Of a stretch of DNA of 64,000 bases, positions 39,139 through 50,500 are shown one piece after another. The position numbers and the translations under genes were made by a program. Within the stretch, counting starts at the first letter, position 1. Every line of letters starts with the position of its first letter. The stretch lies in IMG/VR virus record IMGVR_UViG_3300044701_001189. One strand, 5' to 3'. The notes under the pieces are model-generated. The model saw only the letters and a list, made by a program, of their open reading frames with translations. It was not told where the DNA came from and did no database searches. The DNA is from an uncultured virus (IMG/VR IMGVR_UViG_3300044701_001189) (taxonomy: Duplodnaviria; Heunggongvirae; Uroviricota; Caudoviricetes).

Positions 39139-42100
39139 ATGGCAAAGCAGGATAACAGCACATCAGATGTTAAGCTAAACACGTTTAACAAAGGTTTATA
39201 TAAAGACGGTGAATATGGTCTAGTACCAGATGGTGCATGGACACATGCTAGAAATGCTGTACACAATACTGAAGATGGTAGACTTGGTGTTCTTTCTAGT
39301 GAGATTGCAAATACAATCTGTCAATCAGCACCTTATACAATTATAGGAACTATATCTCTTGGTGAGGGTAGTTGGGCAATTTATTCTACAGATAACCAAA
39401 ATTCAGAAATTGGAATCTTTGATGAAAAGCTGTGTTCTTACACTACTGTTGTAAATGATCCTTGTCTTTCCTTCTCTACACAAAATCTTATAAAGGGCGT
39501 ATCAAAAGGTAACTTTGATTGTACTACGCAAGTATACTGGGATGATGGTAAGAACCCAAGTAGAACAATGAATCTTGATGAACCACCATTTAAAAAGATT
39601 GCTACAACAGTTAATGATTGTACTACTTACGATCTTATCTATCCTTTAGAGCTTGATTGCGAAGAGCTTAGATTAGCCAAACTTGTTAGCGCACCTTGTG
39701 TAAAGCTAAATCAACTTCCAGATGGAGGTACTTTGGTAAACGGTACGTATCAAGTATTTATTGCATACACTATTGATCAGCAAAGAGTAACAGACTACAT
39801 TGGAGTTTCTAATCTTCAGTCTTTGTTTACTCATGATAATGGTGAAGGTTCTTTAGAGGTTACTATCGGAGATCTTGATCAGCGTTTTGATCAGTTTGAA
39901 TTAGCGCTTATTGTTTTTGCTAATGAGCAAACTGAAGGTAGAAGAATTGGATATTACGATACCAGAACTTCTAGAGTTGTTATTGATTACTTTGATAATT
40001 CTCTTCCTGTAATTCCTACAGCAAATCTTGTTATAAGTAACCCTGCTTTTGAGAAATCAGAAGCAATGTTTGAAGCTAATGGATATCTATTTAGAGTAGC
40101 TCCAACAGGCAAGTTTGATTTTAACTACCAGCCTATTGCTAATAACATTACAACCAAGTGGGTTTCTGTAGAGTATTCTACTGACTATTATCATAATGGT
40201 GGTAATGTTGTAGGATATCTTAGAGATGAGCAGTATGCTTTCTTCATTCGTTGGGTCTATAATACAGGTGATAAATCTGCTTCTTATCATATACCAGGTC
40301 GTGTATCTACAGCTTCTGATTTACAGATAACTCAAGGTGCAGATGCTCTTCCTGTTTCAAGTGGTACTCCAAGACGTTGGCAGGTTTATAATACTGCAGC
40401 ACCTCTACCAACTGTTGGTGGTATTCTTCCTGATGGTGGCGTAATCATCAAAGAAGGAAGAATGGGTTACTGGGAGTCTGTTGAACAATATCCTGATGAC
40501 AGGCCAGACATTTGGGGACCATTGTGCGGTAAACCTATTAGACATCACAAGTTTCCAGAAGAGTGCACTGATCCAAGTGTCAAACTTATTAATGATAACA
40601 AGGATCGTCTCAGAGTACTTGGTGTAAGATTTGAAAATATTAAACCACCCGTAGACAATCAAGGAAACATTATTCCGGGTATTGTTGGATATGAAATCCT
40701 AAGAGCTACAAGAGATGGTAACAAGTCTATTGTTGCAAAAGGAATCATTAACAACATGGGTGAGTATGAGATTCCTAATAGTAATGGAAGAAAGTCTCTT
40801 TACCCAAACTATCCATATAATGATTTAAGGATTGATCCCTTCCTTTCTACAGTTCAGACTGATGGTGCTTGTAAGATTGGAAATCACAACGGAAAAAGTA
40901 TGGGTACGTTTAGAGATAACGCCTTTACTTTTCATTCTCCAGACACATCATTTAAAAATCCCTTTCTCTCTCCAACTGAGTTAAAAGTGTATGGTGAGTA
41001 CAAGGGTTTAAGTACTGGTAATTTTGATACTGTAGAAGGTCACCCTAAACATAAGTTGTTAAGAAATACTGCTTTCTTTCTTTCTTCTACTTTAGCTCTT
41101 GGTTATACTCTTACCCAAATGCATGGTAAGACTACAACAAAAGTTACAGATACTTCAGCAAGAAACGAAGGTTCTGAATCCCCTGTTGGAACTGGAACAA
41201 GAGCTGCTACTGCCGCTGGTAGATCTATTGCAAAAGGTATTGCAGAAGGAATCTTAGCTGGTGCATTAGCACTTGTTGGAGATGTAGTAAGAGTTGCGGA
41301 TTTGTTTGCAACAGGTGGTACTTTATATCCTGTTGCTGTACGTGGTGCAAGGAAGATTTTTAATACTACTATGGATGTTGTTCCAATGACTAATGGTAGT
41401 ACAACTGAAAGAACATATGAAAGCAGTGAAACACAAGAGATTCCAACTCTTCTTAGAGTTGTAAATGCTACTTGGATAACAGCATATCATATGTCTAATG
41501 GTGCTAACAGAACTCTTGACATCATTCAAAATATTTTACCGTACAGACAGTATGCATATCATTATAAGTCTCACGGTTACTATAATGATTTTTTATGTGT
41601 TGCTAACGGTAACAGACGTCGTCTAATTGATGACTCTGTTTATCTTCGTCCTCAGATTCAAGAGTTTTCTTTAGAGAGAGTAAACAATCTTTATCGCTCT
41701 GATTCCGTTGGTATAAAGCTTACTGCAGATCTTGCTAGACCAACTACAGTTGACACAAGTCGCTATACTATTGGTACAAATAATGACTGGAAAGAACCTA
41801 CAAGAACAAGATCTACAACTATATCAAGTTTGTACGTAGGTCTTAAATATAACCTTGAGAATCAGTATGGACAGCTCTACACTATAAGACAAGTACCAAT
41901 TACAAACTGCGTTCAGAAAGTAACAATTACTTCACCGGGTCAGACTTTTAAATCTGATATTTTATTTGGTGGTGACACATATGTTGGTCGCTATACAGAA
42001 AAGAATACTTTCTTCTACTTCTATAACTGGATGATGAATCAACCAGATGGAACTGAGTTTGATTACAGACAATATGTAAATGTTGCTTATCCTTGGTTCT

Positions 42101-43911
42101 GGATGAATAGTGAGAAGTATGATTTTACAGAGTTCTTTTCTGGACTTGCTCGTCTTGATTTTAGTAATGCTTTTCCAAATGACGATTATGCTCTTGATGG
42201 TGATCCCACAAAATGTAATCTAATCGGGCTTTCTCTTGCTGTTAAAAATAGATACTTCTATTTGTTTAACTCAGGTATTAGAGATTTTTGGGTAGAGTCT
42301 GAAGTGAATCTTGCACAAAGAGATCACGAGGACACAGAAGCTAGTAGATTTTATAATCACAAAGAATACACAGATCTTGACAGCTTGTTTAGACCTTCTC
42401 AAATTAAAGTAGGAAACTTCTGGAAGTATGATTATTCTCTTAGTGTAAATAAGTATTGGGGTCAGCTTGTATCTTGGGGCTCACTACAGACACAAGATTA
42501 CGATCCAACAGTATCTTCAGAGTGCTATGTGAAGGTTGACAATAGAGTTCTTTACTCATTACCTGAAACCAGTTCTTCTAAGAAAGATGGCTGGAGGGTT
42601 TTTCTTCCTTTAAACTATTATGACTTCTCAAGTAAGGTTGTTGCTATTAAAGAAATAAACGAAACAGGTTCTCTTATTTTATTTAATAGTGCACCACCAA
42701 TGCAGTTCAGAGGTGTTGATACTTTAAAAACAGACAACAACGTTAAGATTACAATTGGTGATGGTGGTCTATTTGCAAATTCTCCACAGAGAATTGTAAA
42801 TGCTGATACAACATATGAATATGGAAGTTGTCAAGATAGGCTTTCTGTTATATCTACACCTGCTGGTGTGTTCTGGACTTCTCAGAATCAAGGTAGAATA
42901 TTCTTGTTTGCAGGACAGCTCCTTGATCTTGGTGCTACAGGAATGAAATGGTGGTTACATGAGTACATGCCATATAAGATTACCGATCAGTTTCCGACTT
43001 ACACTGCAGTAGATAATCCAGTTGATGGTGTTGGTATGCAGACGACTTATGATAATACGGATGCTATTGTATACTTCTGTAAGAAAGACTTCATAGTAAA
43101 GCCAGACTATAGGGAGCGTGTTACATATATCGGAGGCAACTACTTCTTTGTAGATAACATGCTTACTGTTAAGGGTGGTGATCCGCTTTATTTTGATGAC
43201 GCCAGTTGGACTTTAAGTTTTGATACTAAGACTAAAGAATTTGTATCATTCCACGATTGGCATCCGTACTTGTCAATGCCCAGCACTTCTCATTTCTTAA
43301 CTACTTATGACAATGAGATCTATAAGCACAATCAAACTTGTGATAGATTCTGTACTTTCTATGGTGTAGACTATCCTTTTGAGATTGAGGTTACATCTAC
43401 TACAGGAGCAAACGTTTCAACTGTAAGAAGCTTTGAATACCAACTTGAAGCACACCAGTATAAAAACGATTGTAGAGATACACATCACGTTCTTGATAGC
43501 AATTTTGATCAGGCGATTGTATTTAATAGTGAGCAGATTTCAGGTTTGTTAAGATTAAATCTTACTCCCAAGAATAATGCGCCTCTAATTCTTACTTATC
43601 CTAGAACAAACTTGTCATTTATAGATATTCTTTACTCTAAAGAGGAAAACAAGTTTAGGTTTAATCAGTTCTGGGACATCACAAGAGATAGAGGAGAGTT
43701 TACAAATACAAGACTTTCAATTTTTAATACGGAACCAAACGGTTATATTCGTCAAATAAATCTTGCTAATGTTGATTATGCAAAACCTGCTCATCAGCAT
43801 AAGAAGTTTAGGCAAACAACAAACAGTGTTCTACTTAGAAGAACGGTTTGTGGTCCAAATAGACTTTCTATAAAGATTAACAATACTAAAGTTCAATATT
43901 CTCTGCGATGA
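39139..43911 (+). CDS. Tail stabilisation / muzzle protein (P22 gp10-like)
   Basis: 1590 aa; FNKGLYKD, VYWDDGKNPSR, GYLRDEQYAF, IRHHKFP, FGGDTY, WTLSFD..FVSFHDW motifs of crAss-like stabilisation proteins. Confidence 0.8.
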   Translation: MAKQDNSTSDVKLNTFNKGLYKDGEYGLVPDGAWTHARNAVHNTEDGRLGVLSSEIANTICQSAPYTIIGTISLGEGSWAIYSTDNQNSEIGIFDEKLCSYTTVVNDPCLSFSTQNLIKGVSKGNFDCTTQVYWDDGKNPSRTMNLDEPPFKKIATTVNDCTTYDLIYPLELDCEELRLAKLVSAPCVKLNQLPDGGTLVNGTYQVFIAYTIDQQRVTDYIGVSNLQSLFTHDNGEGSLEVTIGDLDQRFDQFELALIVFANEQTEGRRIGYYDTRTSRVVIDYFDNSLPVIPTANLVISNPAFEKSEAMFEANGYLFRVAPTGKFDFNYQPIANNITTKWVSVEYSTDYYHNGGNVVGYLRDEQYAFFIRWVYNTGDKSASYHIPGRVSTASDLQITQGADALPVSSGTPRRWQVYNTAAPLPTVGGILPDGGVIIKEGRMGYWESVEQYPDDRPDIWGPLCGKPIRHHKFPEECTDPSVKLINDNKDRLRVLGVRFENIKPPVDNQGNIIPGIVGYEILRATRDGNKSIVAKGIINNMGEYEIPNSNGRKSLYPNYPYNDLRIDPFLSTVQTDGACKIGNHNGKSMGTFRDNAFTFHSPDTSFKNPFLSPTELKVYGEYKGLSTGNFDTVEGHPKHKLLRNTAFFLSSTLALGYTLTQMHGKTTTKVTDTSARNEGSESPVGTGTRAATAAGRSIAKGIAEGILAGALALVGDVVRVADLFATGGTLYPVAVRGARKIFNTTMDVVPMTNGSTTERTYESSETQEIPTLLRVVNATWITAYHMSNGANRTLDIIQNILPYRQYAYHYKSHGYYNDFLCVANGNRRRLIDDSVYLRPQIQEFSLERVNNLYRSDSVGIKLTADLARPTTVDTSRYTIGTNNDWKEPTRTRSTTISSLYVGLKYNLENQYGQLYTIRQVPITNCVQKVTITSPGQTFKSDILFGGDTYVGRYTEKNTFFYFYNWMMNQPDGTEFDYRQYVNVAYPWFWMNSEKYDFTEFFSGLARLDFSNAFPNDDYALDGDPTKCNLIGLSLAVKNRYFYLFNSGIRDFWVESEVNLAQRDHEDTEASRFYNHKEYTDLDSLFRPSQIKVGNFWKYDYSLSVNKYWGQLVSWGSLQTQDYDPTVSSECYVKVDNRVLYSLPETSSSKKDGWRVFLPLNYYDFSSKVVAIKEINETGSLILFNSAPPMQFRGVDTLKTDNNVKITIGDGGLFANSPQRIVNADTTYEYGSCQDRLSVISTPAGVFWTSQNQGRIFLFAGQLLDLGATGMKWWLHEYMPYKITDQFPTYTAVDNPVDGVGMQTTYDNTDAIVYFCKKDFIVKPDYRERVTYIGGNYFFVDNMLTVKGGDPLYFDDASWTLSFDTKTKEFVSFHDWHPYLSMPSTSHFLTTYDNEIYKHNQTCDRFCTFYGVDYPFEIEVTSTTGANVSTVRSFEYQLEAHQYKNDCRDTHHVLDSNFDQAIVFNSEQISGLLRLNLTPKNNAPLILTYPRTNLSFIDILYSKEENKFRFNQFWDITRDRGEFTNTRLSIFNTEPNGYIRQINLANVDYAKPAHQHKKFRQTTNSVLLRRTVCGPNRLSIKINNTKVQYSLR

Positions 43912-45917
43912 AGTACTCTAAGCTAGGATACAAAAGATATAGCCCAGATCTATACAATAAATACAATGTCATTCCTTCTGGTAGAATTACCATGCAGGAT
44001 GTAGACTTTCCTGTATTTGGTATGGATGATATGGGCAATACTCAGATGATGTATCCTGGTGGTGAATATCAATTCCCTGGTAATCAGGTATTTGAGATTC
44101 CTGTTTTTAAAGAAGGTGGTGAGGAGAATAATGATCGTGAAATGATTGAAGGCATTGCTGATATCCTTGTACAAGTAAAAGATCCTCAGAACAGGCGCAA
44201 AATTGCTAGACAGATGATATCTAATTTTAATAGAGAGAATGTTACATACAACAAGTATGAATTCTTGAGGATGGCTAATAGCATGCAGCAAGGTGGACAA
44301 ACAAGTCTATCATTAGGTTATGATTCTATGTATGATTCTCCTGCTGCTGCCTTTAGATATATGATGAATCCTCAAGATGATTCTAAATATTACGGAGAAG
44401 TATTTGGTACTAAACAAGGTCCTGGCGTTGCTGTTGGTTTAGATTACGATAATCAGAAGTACGGTACTCAAGGAATGATTAGACTTGGTCTAGATCCTCT
44501 ACGTGGTGCCAGCATTAGAGCACAAGGAGGTAAAAGGTTTAATCCTATTGATAATAGAAGAGAAGAACTTTCTTGGGGACCTTATGGTGGTGTTAACTGG
44601 CAAACTAATGATTATACAGAGTTTGATGGAACGAGTAATCAACTTGCTTATAATAATATTAGACCTAGACTTACAGCAGGATTAAATGCACAGTACGAAA
44701 AAGAGTTAGATAATCGTGGAAGACTCAGTATCGAAGGAGATCTTGGTGTAGGTATTGGGGATAAATATGGTGATATGGGTCAGTTTAAATCTGAACCATA
44801 TGGTGCTATCAAGGCAACATATTCTTTTCCTAGATATAAAAACACAAGAACTGAAAGACCTCAACCAACTACATATAGTTCTGGCTATAAGCAAGGAGGT
44901 GGTGAACAACTACAAATGCGTAAAGGAAATGCGTTTGATGATTATATAGTTAATCCTACAATATATGCTATAGCATCTGCAGCAGATTACTTAGGTCCAA
45001 TAGTTAACCAAGCTTTAGATGATGTAACTAGCGCAGCAATGAATGCTATGTATACTAGTCCAACATTAGCTCCTCTTGCAATTAAAGCACAGGGTGCTGC
45101 AAGACCTTGGTTGTTTCAAAATATCAGACCTGTCGAGTATCCTGGTATTGTAAGTGGTGCTGTTAATCTTACAAAAGGTGTACTTGGTTTAAACGCACCA
45201 CCTTTAAGAGATCCTGATGGTAGATACAGTATTGGAGAAGAGGCTTGGCAAAGAGCATTGGGTAATCCTACACAATCTCATTATATAATTCCATCTAAGT
45301 ATAAACCTACTAAAGCTAAAGATGCGGATGCACAATACTATACTCTAAATAGAGATGTAATTGATCCTCAACTTTTGATTGCAGAAGCGAAGAAGAGAAA
45401 TATTCAAGAAGGACAATCTATAGTATTACCTTCTTTAGCTCCATATATTCGTGAAGGATTTATGCCTAGAGAAGAGTTTTCTCAGATTGATCCTCTTCAA
45501 AACTTTACAATAGGTAGAGGCAAAGATGAAAAAGGTAATTACATATCTATTTATGATAGATATGATTTTGAAGGTCCCTTAAATACTCTGACCAATCCAT
45601 ATGAGTTCTATGATAGATATTACTATAAAGGTGGCGGTCAACATGGTGGACTTGACAGATGGTTTGCTGAGAAATGGGTAGATGTAAAGACAGGCAAAGA
45701 GTGTGGAAGACAGTCTGGTGAAAAGCGTAAAGGATATCCTGCATGCAGACCTAGCAAAAGAGTAAATTCTAAAACACCTAAAACAGCTTCAGAACTTTCA
45801 TCAACAGAAAAGGCAAAATTCAAAAGAGAAAAGACATCAAGTCAGCGAATATCATATCAACATAAGCGGTCAGAATATGGTGGAAGTATACCTAGATTCC
45901 GATCAGATCTATACTAA
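43908..45917 (+). CDS. Putative virion cargo polyprotein (xxxGG-linked modules)
   Basis: 669 aa; ATGA overlap with the muzzle gene; modules separated by FKEGG, MQQGG, YKQGG, YKGGG, SEYGG. Confidence 0.55.
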   Translation: MKYSKLGYKRYSPDLYNKYNVIPSGRITMQDVDFPVFGMDDMGNTQMMYPGGEYQFPGNQVFEIPVFKEGGEENNDREMIEGIADILVQVKDPQNRRKIARQMISNFNRENVTYNKYEFLRMANSMQQGGQTSLSLGYDSMYDSPAAAFRYMMNPQDDSKYYGEVFGTKQGPGVAVGLDYDNQKYGTQGMIRLGLDPLRGASIRAQGGKRFNPIDNRREELSWGPYGGVNWQTNDYTEFDGTSNQLAYNNIRPRLTAGLNAQYEKELDNRGRLSIEGDLGVGIGDKYGDMGQFKSEPYGAIKATYSFPRYKNTRTERPQPTTYSSGYKQGGGEQLQMRKGNAFDDYIVNPTIYAIASAADYLGPIVNQALDDVTSAAMNAMYTSPTLAPLAIKAQGAARPWLFQNIRPVEYPGIVSGAVNLTKGVLGLNAPPLRDPDGRYSIGEEAWQRALGNPTQSHYIIPSKYKPTKAKDADAQYYTLNRDVIDPQLLIAEAKKRNIQEGQSIVLPSLAPYIREGFMPREEFSQIDPLQNFTIGRGKDEKGNYISIYDRYDFEGPLNTLTNPYEFYDRYYYKGGGQHGGLDRWFAEKWVDVKTGKECGRQSGEKRKGYPACRPSKRVNSKTPKTASELSSTEKAKFKREKTSSQRISYQHKRSEYGGSIPRFRSDLY

Positions 45918-45943
45918 TAACTATGTCATTAAAGCTAAAAGCT

Positions 45944-45960
45944 GTATATTAATATTGTAG
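45944..45960 (+). promoter_or_regulatory. Putative late promoter motif GTATATTAATATTGTAG
   Basis: GTAWATTA copy upstream of 45991. Confidence 0.55.
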
Positions 45961-45990
45961 ACACTGTACTTCTACTAACTTTGTTTTAAT

Positions 45991-47595
45991 ATGAACAATT
46001 TTCAATCTCCTTTTAATCTACCTGTAATAGGATCTGGTGGTGTTGTTCATGCCGGTAAGTTTACAGGTATGACACCTGCTCAACAAGCATCCTTACTTCA
46101 GCAAGAGCAACAAATGCTTGATATGATGTCTACACCTTTTGATGCTGACTTAGAGCAAATGTTTGCACAAGGAGGTGGTATCCCAGAACGTTATAAGAAT
46201 ATGGGATTTAATAAAGTAGGAGTAAAAAAACAGTCAGATCGTCCTGGTAAAAAATGGATGGTACTTGCTAAAAAAGGAGACAAGTACAAAGTAGTACACG
46301 GCGGATATAAAGGAATGAAAGACTTTACTCAGCATGGTTCTGAGAAGCGTAAAGAAAGATTTTGGGATCGTATGGGTGGAAGAGATTCTGCTAAAGCTAA
46401 TGATCCGTTTAGTCCTCTTTACTGGCATAAAAGATTTGGTACTTGGAAAGAAGGTGGCGAACCACAGAATCCAGGATTTCAGGCATTACCTGCGTTTGTG
46501 CAGGCAAAGATTATGTCTAACATGAACTTTGGTGGTGAGTGGTTTAATGAAAACTCTCAAGACTTTTATGCAAATGGTGGCGGAATAGATAATCCAGGAT
46601 TTAGAGCTCTTCCTCCTGCAGTACAGCAGCAGATTATTGAGAACATGAAATCTGGTGGTGAGAATAAACCTACTAATCCAGGACTTTGGAGCAGAGCTAA
46701 AGCAGCAGCTAAAGCTAAGTACGATGTATATCCTTCAGCATATGCAAATGGATTTGCTGCTAAGTGGTATAAAGAACGCGGTGGTGGTTGGAGAAAAGCT
46801 GAGATGGGCGGATGCTTTGAATGTGGTGGTACAATGAAGTACGCAGAAGGCGGTTGGATTAAAGAAGCTACTGATCGCATGAAAGCAAAAGGAACTGTAG
46901 GAAGTTTTACAGAGCAAGCTAAACGTGCTGGATTTGATAGTGCACTTGCGTATGCTAAGCATGTAAAGAAAAATCCAGATAGCGTAAATGAGACTACTAG
47001 AAAGAGAGCACAATTTGTTCTTAATACTAGTAAAGCAGCTTATGGTATGGAAATACCAAACTATCAATTTGCTGGACAATATCTTGGAGATCCTTTTGTA
47101 GGAGAAATGGATACACCTATTGATCTTCAACCAAAAGCTTTGCATCAGGTTTGGGATTTTAGTAAACCACTTCCTCCTATGCAAGTACAAAGATCTTCTC
47201 CTATTGAACCCATGGAAGCACCTCAGGGTCCTTCATGGTGGGATCAAAATGGAGCTCTTGCTGTAAACTTTGGATTAGGTGCTCTGCAAAATATTGCAGC
47301 AGGTGTAGAAGATCGCCGTCAGCAAAAGTACTTTAACAATCAAAGAACCGCTGACAATGTGTTTTCTCCAACTCCTCAGGGTATGGAAGATCGTGGTGAT
47401 TACGATGTAAATACAGGTCAGTTTAGAATGGACAATCAAGGATTTAAAAATGACGCACGTTATTGGAATCCTTTTGTTAATGTAGCTAGACCTAATCCTA
47501 CATATGCTCAGCAGGGTGGTACTGTAGCAATGGTTGATGATGAAATTCTCCGTGAGCTTATTGCTCAAGGTGCTGATATAGAAATTCTTGATTAA
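45991..47595 (+). CDS. Putative virion cargo polyprotein of small basic modules
   Basis: 534 aa; about 10 xxxGG linkers; duplicated NPGFxALPxxVQxxIxxNM unit; K/R-rich modules. Confidence 0.55.
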   Translation: MNNFQSPFNLPVIGSGGVVHAGKFTGMTPAQQASLLQQEQQMLDMMSTPFDADLEQMFAQGGGIPERYKNMGFNKVGVKKQSDRPGKKWMVLAKKGDKYKVVHGGYKGMKDFTQHGSEKRKERFWDRMGGRDSAKANDPFSPLYWHKRFGTWKEGGEPQNPGFQALPAFVQAKIMSNMNFGGEWFNENSQDFYANGGGIDNPGFRALPPAVQQQIIENMKSGGENKPTNPGLWSRAKAAAKAKYDVYPSAYANGFAAKWYKERGGGWRKAEMGGCFECGGTMKYAEGGWIKEATDRMKAKGTVGSFTEQAKRAGFDSALAYAKHVKKNPDSVNETTRKRAQFVLNTSKAAYGMEIPNYQFAGQYLGDPFVGEMDTPIDLQPKALHQVWDFSKPLPPMQVQRSSPIEPMEAPQGPSWWDQNGALAVNFGLGALQNIAAGVEDRRQQKYFNNQRTADNVFSPTPQGMEDRGDYDVNTGQFRMDNQGFKNDARYWNPFVNVARPNPTYAQQGGTVAMVDDEILRELIAQGADIEILD

Positions 47596-47596
47596 G

Positions 47597-50500
47597 ATGG
47601 CACGTAAAATTAAAATCAATAAACTTCCTGCTGGTTATCACATGATGCCGGATGGTACTATCATGAGAGACTCTGATCATAAGATGATGACTGGAGGTAA
47701 TGTACTAAGGGATGTTTCAGAAACTAAAGACTTTAACCTTGAAGCAGAAGGTGGTGAAACCATTGTAACAGATAAGACTGGTGATGGTCTTCCTGAGCAC
47801 TATGCTATTGAGGGCAAGCGTCACTCACAAGGTGGTGTTAAAATGAAAGAAAGTGCAGGATCATTTATTTTTTCTGACACTCCGAAGATGAAGATTGGTA
47901 AAGAACTTAACTCCTTCTTTAATAAATCTGAAAGCAAGTCTTATACCCCAGCAGAAATTGCTAAGCAGTACATCGACATGAACGATGATAAAAGAGCTCT
48001 TATGGATAAGAACTCTGATAAGCTTGAGCAGAGCACAGCTGCATTAAACATGTTTAATAAGACCTATAAGCTGGGTGGTCTTGCTATGGCTCAAGAAGCA
48101 AAGAAGAATTTTCCTGATGGTATTCCTCAAATTGCAAGTTTATATGCTCAGCTAAACGGTATTGCAACATCTGATAGTGTTATGCCTGGAGGTATGCAAC
48201 AAGCTAAGTACGGTGCTCAGGTTAAGATGTATCAAGAGGGTGAACAAGTAGATAATGAAACTCTTCCGGAAGCTACTGTAGTTGCTGAAAAACTTCCCCT
48301 ACAATTTAGAAAAGGAGAACGAGTATATATTAATGATCAACCCTACATGTCTAGTAGAGTTGCTGGTAAGTGGAATCCTTTTAAAGAGAACTACAATATA
48401 TATACAAATGAGGCAGGTAACGGCGAAGTATATATTCCTTCAGACACATACTTGAATCAAGGTATTGCAAACGCTGCTATTGGAAAACCTGGAAAGCAGA
48501 TGAACTGGAGAGGTGTTACTCCTGTGGATGAAAGAGCCATGATGAGCGATAATCCTTTTGCATCAAAAAAATACTATCAGTATCAGCCTGTTTCTTTTTC
48601 TAGAATGCAGGGAGTTCAAAATGAAGTTCCTAGCGCATACTCTCTTGGAACATATAACAATCAATTTGGAGAAACTCAGAATTTTAATCTAGCTCCAAAT
48701 ACAAGCTTTATATATGAAGCTCCTGGAGTTTTTTCTGAAGCTCAGCAATACTCTGTTGTAAATCCTTTTATTTCTAGAGATCAAGAGTTATCTGGAGGAT
48801 TTCAGGTTAAAGTTAAAAACGAGGAAGGTAGAGAAACTTATCTTCCTGCAGAAGCTCTTCAACAAGCCTTTGCTCAAGGAATGATAGGTTTACCAGCAGG
48901 TGATGGAAGTTTTTATTATCCTCAAGCTAACGAAAACTATACAGTTCCTGCAAAAAGCGGTAAATCAAAAGACAAGAAGTCTGGTGTACAAAGTCTTCAA
49001 GATTTAAACAACCAGCTGTCTGCACCTCAAGATACTGTGTGGGGCGAATCTTTTAAATACGGTGGACCAAAGTATGAAAAGGGTGGACCCATTACGCCTT
49101 TTACGGTTAATGGTGTAACTCGTTACAGATACAATGGTGTAGACTATGATACAAGAGAAGCAGCAATAGCTCAAAGAACAAAAGATCAAGGTACAGCTTC
49201 TTCAACAACAAGATCTGCTGGATCAACAAGCACACCTACCCCAAGAAAACAAGAGATTAAAGCTATTGATAAAGAGGCATTAGAGGTTTTAACCAGATAT
49301 GGTGCAAACCCTACACTTCCTGAAGGGTGGGCCTCTGATCCAAACACAAGTCTGTACGCAAATACACAAGCTTTTAATCCTTCCTCAGGAGCTTATGAAG
49401 GTGCTGCGGCTAGATTACCACAGTTTTATCAGTACTGGAAAGATCGCGGTGCAGATGTTAGTGGTCTTTACGATGCTTCAGGTAATGTTAGACAACTGAA
49501 AGCTGAAGACGAAGCTTTTGGTAATCTTCAGGATTATATTACTCAATATAATCAACCACGAATTGATGCTTTTATTGCTGACAGACAAGCTAAAGGTCAA
49601 ACTCTTTCACCAGAAGAAATTAATCTGTTAAAAAGAAGATACACTTTTGCAGCTCCTGGCACAACCGGAGTACACCGTTCTGAACTTAGAGATGCAAAAG
49701 CAGGTGAAAGGTCTGTAAATATGGGTGCGTTTGAGTATACGGATGTGCCACCACCTAAAACACCACCGGCAACTCCACCGAAAACACCTCCTGTACCACC
49801 ATTAGAACCACCTACAGAAATACCTCCTGCTGAACCTCCGTACACTCCGCCTTTTCCACAAGATGAGATTGCTGTAGCTTCGGCTTTTGCAAATAATGCA
49901 TTTATAAACAAGTATCCATCTTGGACTCCTCAGGTTCAATTACCAAGAGTAAGACCTACTTTTCTTGATCCAAGATATGCTAATGCTGCTGCACAAAGTT
50001 CTGCTCAGATGGCAATGGATGCTTCTAATGTATTTGCTGGTAATGAATCTGTAGCAAGAGCTATGAACGCAATGACGCAAGGTCAAAGTGCAGACAAACA
50101 GATAGGAAACATTAGTAACATTGGTATGCAGAATGTTGGTATAGCAAATCAGATGGCTGGAGCAAGTGCTGAAATGGCAGCAAGAGAACAGATGATTAAT
50201 ACTCAGTTGCAAAAAACAGGATATGATCAAAACGTTCTTGCAGCTGATAACTATGATAAAGAGCGTTCTATGAATATGCTTCAGAATACTCTACCGGCTG
50301 TTCAGAATCTTATGACTAACTGGGCACTTGCTAAAAGCTTTCCGTATATGACTCCTAACTATAGAGTAGATACGAGAGGGTATGGTACTATTGTTCCTAA
50401 TCCAGGTGCTGCTAAAACTAAACTAACACCAGGAAGCGCTGGTTCTGCAGTTCCGACTTTTGCTGAATATCGTAATAGATTTCCAGACGTAACTGCTGAT

